Source: Octopus sinensis (Eukaryota). Taken from it: a DNA stretch of 64,000 nt. The notes under the pieces were generated by a model. The model searched no databases and was not told where the DNA came from. It saw nothing but the letters and a program-made list of their open reading frames with translations. Each line of letters opens with the position of its first letter. Positions within the stretch are counted from its first letter, which is position 1. The DNA lies in NCBI RefSeq assembly GCF_006345805.1, contig NC_042999.1, positions 82,522,001 through 82,586,000 of the forward strand. The letters run 5' to 3'. Both the position numbers and the translations under genes were made by a program. Positions 41,686 to 55,370 of the stretch are shown piece after piece.

Positions 41686-43091
41686 AAACTCTATTTAAAA
41701 TTACAACATGTTCATTGTTAATACTGTACTGCCAGAAGAGTTGAAAAGTGGAACTCAAAATAGTAATTATGAATTTTTAGGTTCACCTAAATATTATATG
41801 ACTCTCTTTTTTGCTATGCTTTTTTTTTTGTTTGTTTTTCCATTTTTTACTCACATTGCCAAAACATCTTGATTCTATCAACAGTTCAACCAAGATATTT
41901 CGGTGATCAGACATACTAGCTTTCTTTACATTATTTACATTAATGTATGAATTTACAATTTTAGTGTCTAATGCTGAGCATACATATTAATGCAAACATA
42001 TGCGTATAATGTCTTGCATACTGAAATTAATACTTCGTGAAGAAGACTGTGAATTTGCCAAAATCGTATGGATGCCATGCGATTAAATGAATATATATTC
42101 GCTCCTCAAATCTCATGAAGTTATGTTTTTCTAATCCTCACAATATAATTTTACTGCTCGAATTAACTGGATTTTCAGTTACATGGATACTTTACATTAT
42201 GTCGTTTTGTAATTGATCTCTACGTGAACTGATAGCCGAGTCCGTAAGACGTGCTTACTGTGATAACCGCGCATAATTCTCTGAATCAATAACTTATACT
42301 ACTCATTTAAAAATACAAACACACACACACACAGAGTAAGAGATGCATTTATGAGTAGCCTAAAGTGTACCCATCAGCTATGAAAGGAAATACGCTGAGT
42401 GTTGTGTGCAAAATCACTGACAAAAATCATAATTTCATTACAGCATTTTTCCTTCTTGCCTTAGAATTTTCTTTCTCATTACTTAAATTTTGTATGAATT
42501 TCGATGTTAAATTCTGTAACTGTTTTTTTTTTATCCAAACACTATTTATATCTTTTCTTTCCTACATACGACATAACTAGTACAATTCTCAACCTTTAGT
42601 AACCACTCGCAACAACACTTACCAAATTATGTTACACTCTGCATAGATTTCTTAAATTCTGCTTAGTTTTTCTTTCATTCAAACTTCTTACGTGACGCTC
42701 TTTCTTATTAATAATTTTGTAGGGATTGTGCTATTTTTGGTCGTAGATGCTTTTTTTTTCATATCATTGCTGCCATGTTGTTTATATTAATTTATGTGTG
42801 TACTGACTATTTTTTTTTATAACATTGGAAAATATTATAATAATTATATATAACCTTATAAAATTGATTGTCAATTAGCCTTGAGCTATCAATATGCTAT
42901 GGCTAAAGATGTACAAGTAAATACAAACGTCGATGTGTGCGTGTAAAGATATATATGTGTGTTGGTGCGTATGTGTGAATGAATATATATATATATACAT
43001 TTACATATATATAGCTATAGATGTGAATATATATATATATGTGTATATATATAATATATATATATATATAATATATATAATATATATATAT

Positions 43092-43126
<35 letters not shown>

Positions 43127-43202
43127 ATATGTGTATATGTATATATATATATATGTGTGTGTGTTTATATAATAAACGAGGAAACATGGCTAGCTACCGA
43201 GA

Positions 43203-43311
43203 AAGACAGACAGTCAGACAGATAGATAGACAAACAGATAGATAGATTGATACATACATACATACATACATACATAGAAAGACATGTAGGCAGATAGACA
43301 GACAGACAAAC

Positions 43312-43399
<88 letters not shown>
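43203..43399 (+). repeat. Compound (GACA)/(TACA)/(GATA)n array
   Basis: Read directly from the sequence. Confidence 0.95.
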
Positions 43400-43401
<2 letters not shown>

Positions 43402-43968
43402 GCAGGCTGACAATCAGACTGACAGTCAGACAGACAGCTCTGTGCTTGTGTGTGTCTGCCCAAATATATACCTTAATGTATTCATAGAACGTCGGAGTAA
43501 AAGGAAGTTAAATCGTTGATGATAACGTTTTTCAATGTATATATTACAAAATATATATCATGATGCATTTTCCAACCGGAAGGCAGACGATTAGTAAAAT
43601 ACATAATGAATAAATAAATACATTAATGATGCTCATAATATTTTCTATTTATTGAATTTTCGTTACTTTTTGTTATTTTATTTCTTCGGTTTCTTTTTTC
43701 TTTTTTTTTTTTTTCTTTTTTGTCATAATCATAAAAAGAAACCTTTTAAGAAATTGGTAATGAAAACCGAAATAATGTACGCACAAAAATTTATAATCAT
43801 ATACAAAACGAAGTACAGATCTGTTGGTCGTTGGTTTCCTTTGTATTGTGTTGCGTTGTTTATTGTTTGCTTTGTTTTTCAGTTTTTATTTTCTTTGTCT
43901 TCATATATTGTCTCTCCCACCCCTGTCTCTCTCTACTCGTATATACATACAAACATGCATATATATAA

Positions 43969-44039
<71 letters not shown>

Positions 44040-44270
44040 TTCTTTTATTCGTTTACTCGTTTCAATCATTTGACTGCGACCATGCTGGAGCACAGCTTTA
44101 AAGGGTGATAACCGAAGAAATCGACCCCAGGACTTATTCTTTGTAAACCTAGTACTTATTTTATCGGTCTCCTCTGCCGGACCGCTAAGTTACGGGGACA
44201 TAAACACAACAGCATCGGCTGTCAAGCGATGGTGGCGGGGACAAACACAGAGACACACAAATATATACAT
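43969..44270 (-). mobile_element. 3' half of a SINE family 1 copy whose tail runs into (TATC)n (43969-44039)
   Basis: 44041-44270 matches 5461-5690; adjacent (GATA)n array. Confidence 0.8.
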
Positions 44271-44271
44271 C

Positions 44272-44338
<67 letters not shown>

Positions 44339-44423
44339 GTTATGAGAGGTAATGGTGTCAATAAGACCCAAAGATATCAGGTAATGCTGAGTGAGTGCTA
44401 TGGACAGACTATAGTTAAGCTTC

Positions 44424-44826
44424 AGGTTCGGTGATTATGCAAATGAGGAGCTCAATGTAGGTCATATATCAACATGTGTATATATAAAAAAGTTTTCAGA
44501 ATGAGATAAAAATCCAAGGCTATGAAAGATTTTAGAACATTTATAAAGAGGTTAAGCAATATTCATTTGAGATAAAGCAATAATTGTTTTAGATAAGATA
44601 TTTCATATCTTATCTAAAATAAATATTGCTTAACCATATTCTCACACCGTCTCCAATGAAGGGATATATAGAATATCCCGGAAACAGCTGTAAGACCTTC
44701 TATTTATAAATGATCTGAAATCTTTCACAGCCTTAGATTTTTATCTCATTCTGAAAATACATTTTTTATATACACACATGCTGATATATGACCTATGTTG
44801 GACTCATTTGCATAATCACCGAACCT
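44424..44826. mobile_element. Fold-back MITE-like element with about 124-bp imperfect terminal inverted repeats
   Basis: Arms 44424-44547 and 44703-44826, with the first 24 bp perfectly inverted. Nested perfect inverted repeats at 44550-44563/44622-44635 and 44587-44601/44605-44619. No TSD found. Confidence 0.7.
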
Positions 44827-44834
44827 CTACCTAA

Positions 44835-45890
44835 AACAAAAATAAGGTGGCAGCGGCTTAACACCATGTGTTGAAGTGCATCCCTTGACATGAGGCTGAT
44901 AACATCATAAGACTTGGAAGACAGCTACTTGAGCAACGCTTTGTATGATAATCCAGAATAGATGCCCAAAGAAGTTGCACGACTCTACCGCAACGTATCA
45001 TCAGATGAAAGGATGAACCTATATGAGCAGAAGACTATGCATGAATATGTTAGTAGAAAGATTCGTGATGATAGTAACATCGATCATCAAAGCAGTTTAT
45101 CATGTACCAATAGCCAGATTACTCCCTCCCACTTTGAAAGGTATGCGTTTGCAATCCAGAACAGGAAATATCAACCAAGTACCTGATGCACAAACAAGTA
45201 GGTAAGCAGTAAAGTGTGTCAAACGATGCAGACTTTGTGGAATTCACACAGAAGATATCACCAACATCCTAAGCAGGTGTTCAAAAATGTCATCACGGTA
45301 TTATCAACCGATGGGACATGACGTTGTAGCTAGGACACACTATAATGAAATCCGTCGGAAGAATAATCCTGATATGGTAGATATGGTAGAAGCCATAGCC
45401 ACTCCTAATATAAAGGAATACTGGTGAATGTCCCAGTGAAGACCTCAATAAAATGTAAGCAAAACAGACCTGATATAATGATTTGAGATAGAGAAGAGAA
45501 ACTGTGCGCAGTTGTGGAAATTAGCTGCGCAGCGGATGTTAAAATAATACTGAAGACCAGTGTACAAGAGAACACCTATGCTGAACTATTGAGAAATCTG
45601 CGGTTACTCTATCCAGATTACAAGTTTAGCTTTATACCTGTAATTATTGGGGCCCTGGGATATGCAACACACTGCCTAAATACCAATCTTGAGAAATTGG
45701 GCTACTCAGGACCAGAAAGGTGAAAGCTAATTCGAAGACCGCAGATCCAATCCATCACTGGAACTGTAAAAATTTGTAAAACTTTCCAGAAGTTTATCAT
45801 TTAAATATATATGAGCATGTCTAGGTATGCACCTATATGCATGAGAATACATACAAATCTGCACATGCATACATACGTATATAAATCATC
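44835..45890 (+). mobile_element. Longest fragment of the (CATA)n-associated R4/Dong-type LINE (zinc knuckle + RLE), degenerate
   Basis: SHFERYAFAIQ; EDITNILSRCSKMS..RHDVVA; RPDIMI*DREEKLCAVVEISCAADV; YAELLRNLRLLYPDYKFSFIPVIIGALG. Breaks off at the internal (TACA)n of the 3' UTR. Confidence 0.85.
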
Positions 45891-45921
45891 CAAATTACTT
45901 AAATAATGAGTTCTATTCTTC

Positions 45922-45996
<75 letters not shown>

Positions 45997-46269
45997 CAGG
46001 ATATAATGTAGGATAATTGTTCTGCTGTTTTGAGCAAGACACACCTGTCTGCGACTATCCACATATCATCAGACAATATTAACATGCTTTTACTAATTTT
46101 TCCTAAGTATTTCATGAACATGGATAAATGATGAAAGTGGAGTGAACGACATTCTTTCTTTAAAATCATTACAACTGTTTCGACATATTTTTATACTCGT
46201 ATTAAATGCTGGATTCTTGAGATCATTTCCTCCATCTCATTTGGAATCTAGCTGTTTCTCGCAATACAT

Positions 46270-46589
46270 ACCAATACGTAGATCCGGGGTCCATACGGTC
46301 CCTGGGGAGTCCATACGAGGTTTGGAATCCACAATAGTATTTTAAGGGCTCCTGTGAAAATATTGCTTTAGATCTACGTATTGGTATGTACTGCAACAAA
46401 CAGCTTGGTTTCTTTCTCGAACTTTTTTACATAATTCAAGCTATACAAGTTAATATGTGAAAAACAAAATGGGTATTTTGAAATAAGTTTCTAGAAAACC
46501 AGTTTTAACCATCGTATGACTATGGGGGTCCATCAGAATAGCATAGTAATCAGAGGGGTCAATAAGTAAAAGATGGTTGGGAACCCCTG
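46270..46589 (+). mobile_element. Partial hAT (Charlie-like) MITE
   Basis: Homologous to 53144-53438; right TIR GTTGGGAACCCCTG. Confidence 0.7.
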
Positions 46590-46784
46590 GCCTAAGGTAG
46601 AAATGATTTTATGGTATTTGGTATACCTGTCTTTGTCTAAATTGTTTTACATATGCTAGTGGCTATCTTTTGTCATTAAACTGCAGCCATGCTAGAGCAA
46701 TATGCTGAAGAATTTTAGACGAACTAATTGATCCCAACACTTATTATTTACTTAAGATTGGTATTTAAGCTGTCCGTCTTTTGC

Positions 46785-46873
<89 letters not shown>

Positions 46874-46879
46874 TGTGTG

Positions 46880-47010
46880 TGTACAGTTTCATTCAACGAG
46901 ATCCACTCAACTCTTACGTCCCCGCGAGACTATTGTAGAAGACACTTGTCCAAGATGCCATGCAGTGGGACTGAACCCGGAACTATGTGTTTGGGAAGCA
47001 AACAGCCACA
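46880..47010 (-). mobile_element. SINE family 1 head fragment (a similar fragment lies at about 50020-50145)
   Basis: GAAGACAC..GTCCAAGATGCCATGCAGTGGGACTGAACCCGGAAC matches 5790-5850. Confidence 0.7.
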
Positions 47011-47211
47011 CCTAAGTGAATGATATATAGCTCATTTATGAGTGTGCGCGTGGGTGTTTATGACTATATATATATAATATATATATATATACTCCTGTCA
47101 TTTATATATATTTAAGTATATATATAATCTATTACGTAATTATACGAATACGTATTACATAAACACGCACACATACACATGCATATATATATATATATGT
47201 GAGTGTGTCTG

Positions 47212-47336
<125 letters not shown>

Positions 47337-48014
47337 TGTATTTATATATACATATATATGTATGTGTGTATGTAGCTATTTATTATGTATGCATATATAT
47401 ACATACATACTGTCATAAATACATACATCCACATATACACATAAACGTTTCAAATAAACATAGATATATATATGCGCATGCGTATGTTGGGTGCGCATAT
47501 GCATTTATACGTCTGCGTATGTGCTTCTGCGTGTGCGCGTTTGTCTCTATCAGTTTTAGTGCCAGTAATTTCGATACAGATTTCTGCAATTTATTGCTGT
47601 ATAATTGCGTCTTTGCAATCAAGTGGTTTTCGCGAAAAGACAGTTGTTCTCCAGCTGGGTTTATTTTTTTAACCAATCTTTGTTGATTACGCAAAACCTT
47701 AGAGTAGTAGCAACATTCTCTCTCAGTTTTGTTGCAACCACGAAGGAATCTTGTGAATGTGTATCTTAATGAGAAATCATTAATTTATGGTGCACATCAT
47801 GAAGATAAAATTTTCTGTTGTGTTCCTACATTATAATGAAATAATGAGCGCTGATGAGTCACTGTAGCCTATAACTGATTGATGTGAATTTTATGTGAGT
47901 GAACATATATATATATATATATATATCACGCATACATACACACACACATATCTACTAGTATACCCGTGTCGCCAAAAGTCACTTCGTTGTAATCGGAATA
48001 AGCATGATACTGGT

Positions 48015-48890
48015 ATTCACCAAGTTGAGTAAAAGATATTTTAGTAGTTTTTAGTTTTGATTAATAGTTCAAACGGATTACATACGAAACAACTTTTTTC
48101 ATAAGAATATATCCCATCATACTCCATTGTCTGTTGCCATCACTGTATCAGAAGCTCAATTCCATGCTTACAACACTTGGCTGGTTTAGAGGCAAAATTC
48201 TTCATGCACCCGTTTACAACCTCATATTCATTGTAAAACCTCCGCCTGTGTAGGGAATGAGCATGGCTAGGAAAAGGTAGTAATCTGATGGTGAAAATTC
48301 TTGGACTTTAGAAGGGGGAGTCAGCACTTCCAGCTCCTCAAGTTCCTCGAGTTTTCACTTGTTCACATTGGTAGTATGTGTTAGGGCATTGTGATGCTGT
48401 ATTTGTGTGTGTCTTTGATCGACCAATGTTTCGTAGCGTGCTTTCAAAGTATCATATATTCGCCAGAATTGTTGAGCATAAAAGGTTCGCGTTTACAGCG
48501 TGACCATTTAGGGCAAGCTAAATATGCAAAATCCCTCGAAATTCCACCAAACACATACAACCTTTTGTTCAAACCGCCTTTGTCTGACAGGCGATTCTGG
48601 CCAGAACGATACACTGATTTCTCTTATTGAGATTACGAAAATATATCTATTTTCAATCTCAGTTACAATTGGATGCCAAAGACGAGTATCTGGAGAATTT
48701 GCTAGTAGTTGTTTGCAAATGTTCACACGTCGGTGAGCTTGGTCATTGGTAAATTCATGAGGAGCTTCTTAATAACGTCTGATCGCAAGGCTGAGCTTAT
48801 GAAAGTATTGATTGGAGGTATTTTATAAAGGACCAAATTCTGCTGACAATGTACGAGAGCGTGTGCAAGGCTGTGGTTCAACCATTTCAC
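48015..48890 (-). pseudogene. Mariner (DD34D-type) transposase remnant
   Basis: Degenerate motifs in the correct order: PHEFTNDQAHRRVNIC (WVPHEL), IVTEIENR (IVTGDEKW), KVVCVWWNFEG, HHNA (HDNA), SPSDYY (YSPDLAPSDY), KNFASKP...GIELL..WQQ...YDG. Confidence 0.75.
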
Positions 48891-48919
48891 AAAAGGCCTT
48901 ATGCATGTATGTATGTATG

Positions 48920-49495
48920 TTTTAATTATTATAAATCTTCCACTGAGGAGGGAGCCGGTTTCCAACAAAGATACAAGGCTCCATCTTTAGGATCTAGTTA
49001 ACACAGGCAAATTCACATCTGGAACTAGAGAAAAGTCTTGCATATTTTTACTCTTCCACTCACAGATTGCACTTCTAATGTACGAATTAGTCGGTCGATT
49101 TCTTTTCCTGGAAATCCCAGTTTATCCAGATTCTCCTTTAAGCATTTACTAACAAAACCTAATGCTCCAATTAGTATTGGTATGATTATGAATTCATAGT
49201 CTGGATATAGAAGCTGGATGTTTCGAAGCAGTTCTCCATAGATATCCTCTTTTCCTTTGATTTTCAAAGAGATATTTATATATGCAGGGAAGCTGACCTC
49301 TATGATGGTACAAACCTTTGTCCCGCTGTCCCAATATCCGGCTTGTTATGTTTACATTTGACAAAAGTTTGATGGGAATATTCCACCAGTATTCTTTGAG
49401 TTGGTGTTTATGAATGTATTCCATAACAGAGAGATGTTCTAAGTTTATTTCAGGACAGTCTTTTTTGCAGATGGCATTGTAAATTGTTTTACCTT
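48920..49495 (-). mobile_element. 5'-truncated R4/Dong-type LINE (second subfamily) with (CATA)n on both flanks
   Basis: EYWWNIPIK...YGELLRNIQLLYPDYEFIIIPILIGALG...VQSVSGRVKICKTFL*. The short 3' UTR ends AATAATTAAAA|CATACATAC. (TATG)n lies at 48901-48919 and 49496-49590. Confidence 0.85.
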
Positions 49496-49528
49496 GTATG
49501 TATGTATATGTGTATGTATGTATGTATG

Positions 49529-49562
<34 letters not shown>

Positions 49563-49949
49563 TGTATGTATGTATGTATTATGTATGTATTATGAATGTA
49601 CGTGTGTAATAGTGAGCGGAAACCAGAAGAACTGAAACAAATAAAATAAAATAATAAGGGTAGTGTAAAAGAGATTTAAAATTGAGCGGGTATAGAAGTA
49701 AATGTGGGAATAAGCAAGTTAGACATATCACTTAGCCCCACCGCCTCATTCAATCATCCCACCTGATCCTGTGACGGAATCAATCTATAAACATTATCAT
49801 GGGCCACCGAACCCCCAGAAACAACTGTTGGATTTGTAATACTGTTTCTCAACTCTTTTAATTCTCTATATCATTTGCATTCTGTGTAAGTCAGAACTTT
49901 TTATATGCATAGATATATACATTTTTTCTATTTCGTGTATTTGATATAG

Positions 49950-50003
<54 letters not shown>

Positions 50004-50439
50004 ATATTCGATGCGCATCTTTCAGTTTCGTCGACCAAATCCACTCTAGTTGGCCTGGGGCAATATTAGAAGACGCCCGAAGTGCTACACAGTGAGACTG
50101 AACCCAGAACCGTGTGATTGGGATGCAGACCTCTTACCACGCCTGTGCCTTTACACATCTTTGTTTGCTTGCATATATATATATATATATATATACGAGT
50201 CTGTTTGCTTACATAGTTGTGTGGGTATGTATGTATTGATGATTAAACATAATTATCCTCATTTTAGTAACTAATTTCTATGGGAAAAAACCATGAATAT
50301 CACAACCGGAAATTGAAACCGGTGAGCACACACCACTTGTGTAGGGTGGAGGCCCTTCCTTGATCTATTCAAGAGCGATATGACATTACTTTTGATAAAC
50401 GACTTAATATTCCTTACATTGGGGTTACGTCAAAGGGCA

Positions 50440-51076
50440 AAGTTAAAAATGAATTAACAGGAAGATACCTCTAGTGATATCTTGACATAATAGATTTTTA
50501 GTGCTGATAACAGTGGTGAGGTTGGTGATGATGTTGATGATGCTGACGCTGTAATGATAGTGATGGAGAAGATAGTAAAGATGGTGAAGGTGATGGAGAT
50601 GTTGAAGGTGGTGGAGATGGTGAAGTTGGTGGAGTAATGATGGTGAAGGTGGTGGAGTAATGATGGTGGTGGTGGAGGGGTGGCGTATGCTGATGATGGT
50701 GTGGTGGTGGTACTGATGATGTTCTAGTAGTGGCGATATAATGGTGTGATGGCAGTCGTGGCGGTAGTGATATTTGTTGTTGTTGTTGGTGGTGGTGGTG
50801 GTGGTGGCAGTGAGGTTGTAGTTAATCGATGGTGTAATAGTGGTGGCTGTTGCATCGTGTTCGTGGTGGTGGTGCTGGTGCTGGTGAGAGTGGATTTGGA
50901 ATGGATGATGGCGCTGGAATTTATGATCTTTACGTCGTGCCAATGGTGGTGGTGGTTATGGTGGAAGCAATGTAAGCGGCGACTGTGGCGTTGGTGGCGG
51001 CGGCGACTACAGCAGCGATGGTGGTGGTGGTGGTGCCGTTGGTGTTGGTGGTAGTGGTGGCTTTAATAATGATTTA

Positions 51077-51120
<44 letters not shown>

Positions 51121-51507
51121 TTAGTGGTGGTGGTGGTTATCGTGAAAGTGGTGTTGGTGGTAGTAGTGGCGTTGTTTTGCTTTTGAAGGTCTGGTGACAA
51201 TGAATGTAGATATGATGGTGGTGGTGGTGGTGGTGATGGTGGTGGTGGTGGTGGTGGCGGTGGTGGTGGTGGTGGTGACAATAGTTGTGGTATGACAGTG
51301 CTGCTCATTGTAGATACTTTAAAGCCTTCTTAATTCGATAGTGATGATTGTTGTAGTAGTAGTAGGAGGAGGAGGAAGAGGAGAAGGAGGAGGAGGGGAA
51401 GGTGGTGGAGGGGTGGTGTTGGTGATGGTGGTAGTCATTTACATGATATTGCTATCGATAATAGATACTTCAAGTTTTACTAATCTTGCTGGTTTGATAG
51501 CAAACTT

Positions 51508-51562
<55 letters not shown>

Positions 51563-52080
51563 AGTGGTGGTGGTGGTGGTGGTGGTGGTGGTAGTGGTAG
51601 TGGTAGTAGTAGTAGTAGTAGTAGTAGTAGTCGTAGTAGTAGTAGTAGTAGTAGTAGTAGTATGCGTTCCGAGTTGTGGTTGTTGTTGCAGTGGTAGTTT
51701 GCCTGAGAATAATGCTAATCTACGGCAGTGTCGGTAATGGTGGTGGCAGTCTTGATAGTTTTGGTGGTGGTGGTAGTGGTGGTGGTGGTGGTAGTGGTGC
51801 TAGTGGTGCTAGTGGTGCTAGTTGTGGTGGCGGTGGTTGTAATGCTGGTGATGGGGCTGGTGCTGGTGCCGGTGGTGGTGCTGGTGGTGGATGTTGTAGT
51901 GGTAGTAGTAGTGGTATTGGAATTGGTGAAGGTAGTAGTGCTTGAGGTGGTGGTGCTGGTGCTGGTGGTAGTGGAAGTGGTGAAGTTAGTAGTATTTGAG
52001 GTGGTGGCGGTGGTGGTGGTGGTAGTACACATGCCGATGATAGTTGTGATGCAACGAGAGAGGTATTGGTTTTAGTAGTG
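50440..52080. repeat. Low-complexity trinucleotide block, (TGG)/(TAG)/(GAT)n on the + strand
   Basis: Read directly from the sequence. Confidence 0.95.
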
Positions 52081-53143
52081 GAAAGGGGGGAAAACAATGT
52101 GAGAGAAGGAGTAGGGGCGGGGAGGAATAAATATAGCCGTGGTCGCAGTGTATGTTGTGACGCATACTTTGGTCCGTATAATGGTGCGACGTGATAACCC
52201 ACGTAATTTATCACAACCCTTATCCCCTCATCCCTCCTCAGCCACTCCAGAATTCAATCCGTATAAATGCTTATTTATTAACGCTTATCTCGGCTTCAAA
52301 TCCTGAGCGCGCGCGCAAGCATGCACACACATACACACATGAACGTACGTACGAACGCACGCACGCATAAATGCATACTTGGCGCGAGCTCCTACTCTTG
52401 CATGTGCATACATGCATCGCATGTTAAAGTATATATTACAAAACAAAATTTTAAATATATTTTCCTATCCCTAAAATAGATCGTAAGATTATCGTTGGAG
52501 GTTTTCACTTGTCTTTGTGTCATTTTTGGTTTAATTGTGGAGTTGGGTAAAATGTCTGTCTGCCCTGCAATGTAGGTCATCCTACTCGAAATTGTAGATT
52601 CAGCCGCAAATCTACATGGACTGAAATGAATCAGACCCCCACCTAGAATCGAACTGGCATTGTTAAAACCATTCTAAAGACCACGGCCATAATAATAACG
52701 CCATTCTAAAGACCACAGCATTAAAAATCATACCCAAACAACCATTAGAATGACCGTAAGTGGCATACACAGACTCATATACGCAACAAATGCAAGCACA
52801 CGCATTCACATGCACACATATGTATGGCGGTCAATTGGCAGAATCGTTAAGGAGTCGTATAGAATGAATCATGATATTTGTTCTTACTCCCTCTACTCAG
52901 AGTTCAAATCCCACCATGGTCAACTTTCCTTTCCACCCTATCGAGGGCGATGGAAAAATACTATTCCGGGACTGTGATCTACTGTACATGTAAGAATATC
53001 AAATGAAATTTCTTCTGGTATATGTTCCCGTTCCATGAGATCTGGGTTTAAAGCCACGATGGTATATTTGGCTACCTGAGTTAACTCATCACCCGGATTA
53101 ATTCCACCACCTTGTTCCTTCGGTGACTTGGAGGCCTTTCGAG

Positions 53144-53438
53144 CAGTGGTTATCAACTGGTTATCGTATAAGATTTTGGGGGGTCCACATAGCAAAACAG
53201 TAAACTGAGGATTCACAATATTATTTTGTGGACCTTTGAAAAAATGTTGCTTTAGAGATATATTTTGGTATTTATTGCAAGAAACAGCTAGGTTTCTTTC
53301 TTTAACATTTTAAATAATTCAATCTCTGCAAAATAGGAATTTTGAAAGAAGCATCTATAAAAGAATGGCTATGGGGGTCCACCAGAATAAAATGGTAATC
53401 AAAAGGGTCCATATATAAGAAATGGTTGAGAAACCCTG
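53144..53438 (+). mobile_element. hAT (Charlie-like) MITE
   Basis: TIRs CAGTGGTTATCAAC / GTTGAGAAACCCTG (11 of 14 matching). 8-bp TSD CTTTCGAG / CTTTAGAG (7 of 8). Confidence 0.85.
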
Positions 53439-53809
53439 CTTTAGAGGGTTTCAACTCTGATGCAAACATTCGCGCCAGGCTCCCGGTTCAAAAATGCCTT
53501 CAATTTAGTTTTGTCTGTAAACTACTAAAAATGACACACTCCTTTGGGTATGCATTCTCACACTGAGTGAAATGACGGTAGGCTCTAACGAAGGTTTTGC
53601 TTAAGCAATCACCTGAAGAGGCGCATTTTACACTTTGGATGGATTATAATGATTACGCAATATCTCAGTAACGTACTACGATTGGCAAAATTAGTTGAAA
53701 CAACTGTAGTGATTTTAACCGTAGCATATCGTTCATTCCATTTTCTATCATTTTTCTGTGTGTGTGTGTGTGTGTGCGCGTGCGTGTGTATGTTAATGCC
53801 TATGTCTAG

Positions 53810-54150
53810 GTGCACGGTTCAGTGGTTAGAGCGTCAGAGTCATAATCATGTGCTAGAGAGTTGCAGGAACGGGCTGTGCGTTGTGTTCTTGAGCAAGACA
53901 CTTTATTTCACGTTTTCCCAATTCACTCATCTTATTAATGGGTTGCTACGTCACTGGTGCCAAGCTGTATCAAACCTTTGCCTTTCTCTCAGATAACATC
54001 AGTGGGCGTGTAGAGGGGAGGCTGGTATGCATGGGCAAATACTGGTCTTCCATAAACAACCTCGCCCGGATGTGTGCCTTAGAAGGAAAATTTCTTGGTG
54101 CAATCCTATGGTCATTCATGACCGATGAGGGTCTTTACCTTTTTGCCCTT
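53810..54150 (+). mobile_element. tRNA-derived SINE (family 4)
   Basis: Head GGTTCAGTGGTTAGAGCGTC; body homologous to 37000-37310. Confidence 0.7.
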
Positions 54151-54829
54151 TATATATAAATGCTAAAAAGAACACAGGACTATATCAGTAGCAGACATTG
54201 TTGTTCAAATACATATCACTTGCCAAATTGATGTATTTCTATTTATTTTACAAATTTCGCTCTATTACTGCAAATTGCCTAAGCACATATATGTCTCCTG
54301 CAATTTTTCTATACGTCTAAGCGTCGTCTCCGCAAGGGGTAAGTTCGGACAAATGCTATTGTGATAATGCTTGTTGAAGCAGAAGCAAATGTCTACAGCT
54401 GACCGCTTGTCTGCAGATAATTTGTCTGACTTTTCTTTAATGACATGTCACTTTTTGAGAACTCTTCTATCTCTTGATTGTCTCTCCTTTTCATTAGGTG
54501 TTAGTTCCAATCACCACAAAGCGAGCCAGAAAGCGACTGTTTTCTTTTTTCTTTTTTTTTTTTGCAACTGAATATAAATACAATAAATCAGGAATCTATA
54601 CAGTATTTGATATAGATATTTTTCACACTCGACCATACACACACGCATACACACATATACACATACACATATACACACACATATATGGATGTAAATACAT
54701 ACATATATATATACACACATATATATATACATATATATGTAGGAAAAGAGAGAGAGAGACATACATGCACGCAGACACTCGCACACATGCACACATACAC
54801 ACATGCACATATACATATATATATTATTA

Positions 54830-54878
<49 letters not shown>

Positions 54879-54892
54879 ACAAGTAAGTTGTT

Positions 54893-54986
54893 TGTTGACA
54901 GTAGCTTCGAAGTTTCGGTCAGTTAAGCTATCGTCGGACTGTCGACTATGGCTTAACTCGCCGAAATTTGTAAGTCACTGTTAACA
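54893..54986 (+). ncRNA. Candidate pri-miRNA-like hairpin
   Basis: Bulge-free 44-position stem with a 6-nt loop (GACTGT); 5 G.U pairs and 5 mismatches when folded on the + strand. No expression evidence. Confidence 0.3.
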
Positions 54987-55077
54987 GCATTCTTGTTTAA
55001 GAATAAATACGTACTCTAGAAACGTATTGAGTGACCCATCAGATTAATGTAAAATTGTTTTTATTACAACTGAACAT

Positions 55078-55370
55078 GTGTGTGTGAACTCAGCCAGGGC
55101 AAACGCAAAGTCGGAGGGCAGAAGAAGCGCTTCAAGGACAGTCTCAATGTCTCTCTCAAAGACTTCTCCATCGGCACAGAGACCTGGGAGACACTTGCTG
55201 CCGACCGCTCATCCTGGCGCAGCGCAATCACCACAGGAGCAGGGACAGCCGAGGAGGGACGGATTCGGTCAGCAGAGCAGAAACGCCAGATGCGGAAAGC
55301 CAGAGCCGCCTGCACCAGCAGCACGGCCCCTACCCACTTCTGCCCCACCTGCCGTACCTGTTTAGCAAGA
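55078..55370 (+). mobile_element. RTE/BovB-like LINE C-terminal fragment
   Basis: ELSQGKRKVGGQKKRFKDSL...WETLAADRSSWR...HFCPTC. GC-rich relative to its flanks. Confidence 0.85.

Noticed and set aside
50443-52214. Poly-Thr/Val/Pro/Gly/His ORFs (also at 56595-57968)
   Set aside because: Open in several frames on both strands because of triplet low complexity; no domain, splice or codon evidence.
52174-52214. Short inverted repeat GTGATAA...TTATCAC with GATA-factor motifs in a CpG-containing patch
   Set aside because: A 7-bp match is expected by chance in 64 kb; there is no supporting evidence.
52938-53216. 92-aa ORF with plausible-looking composition
   Set aside because: It spans a hAT MITE end, an unclassified segment and a SINE remnant, so it is a chimeric chance ORF.
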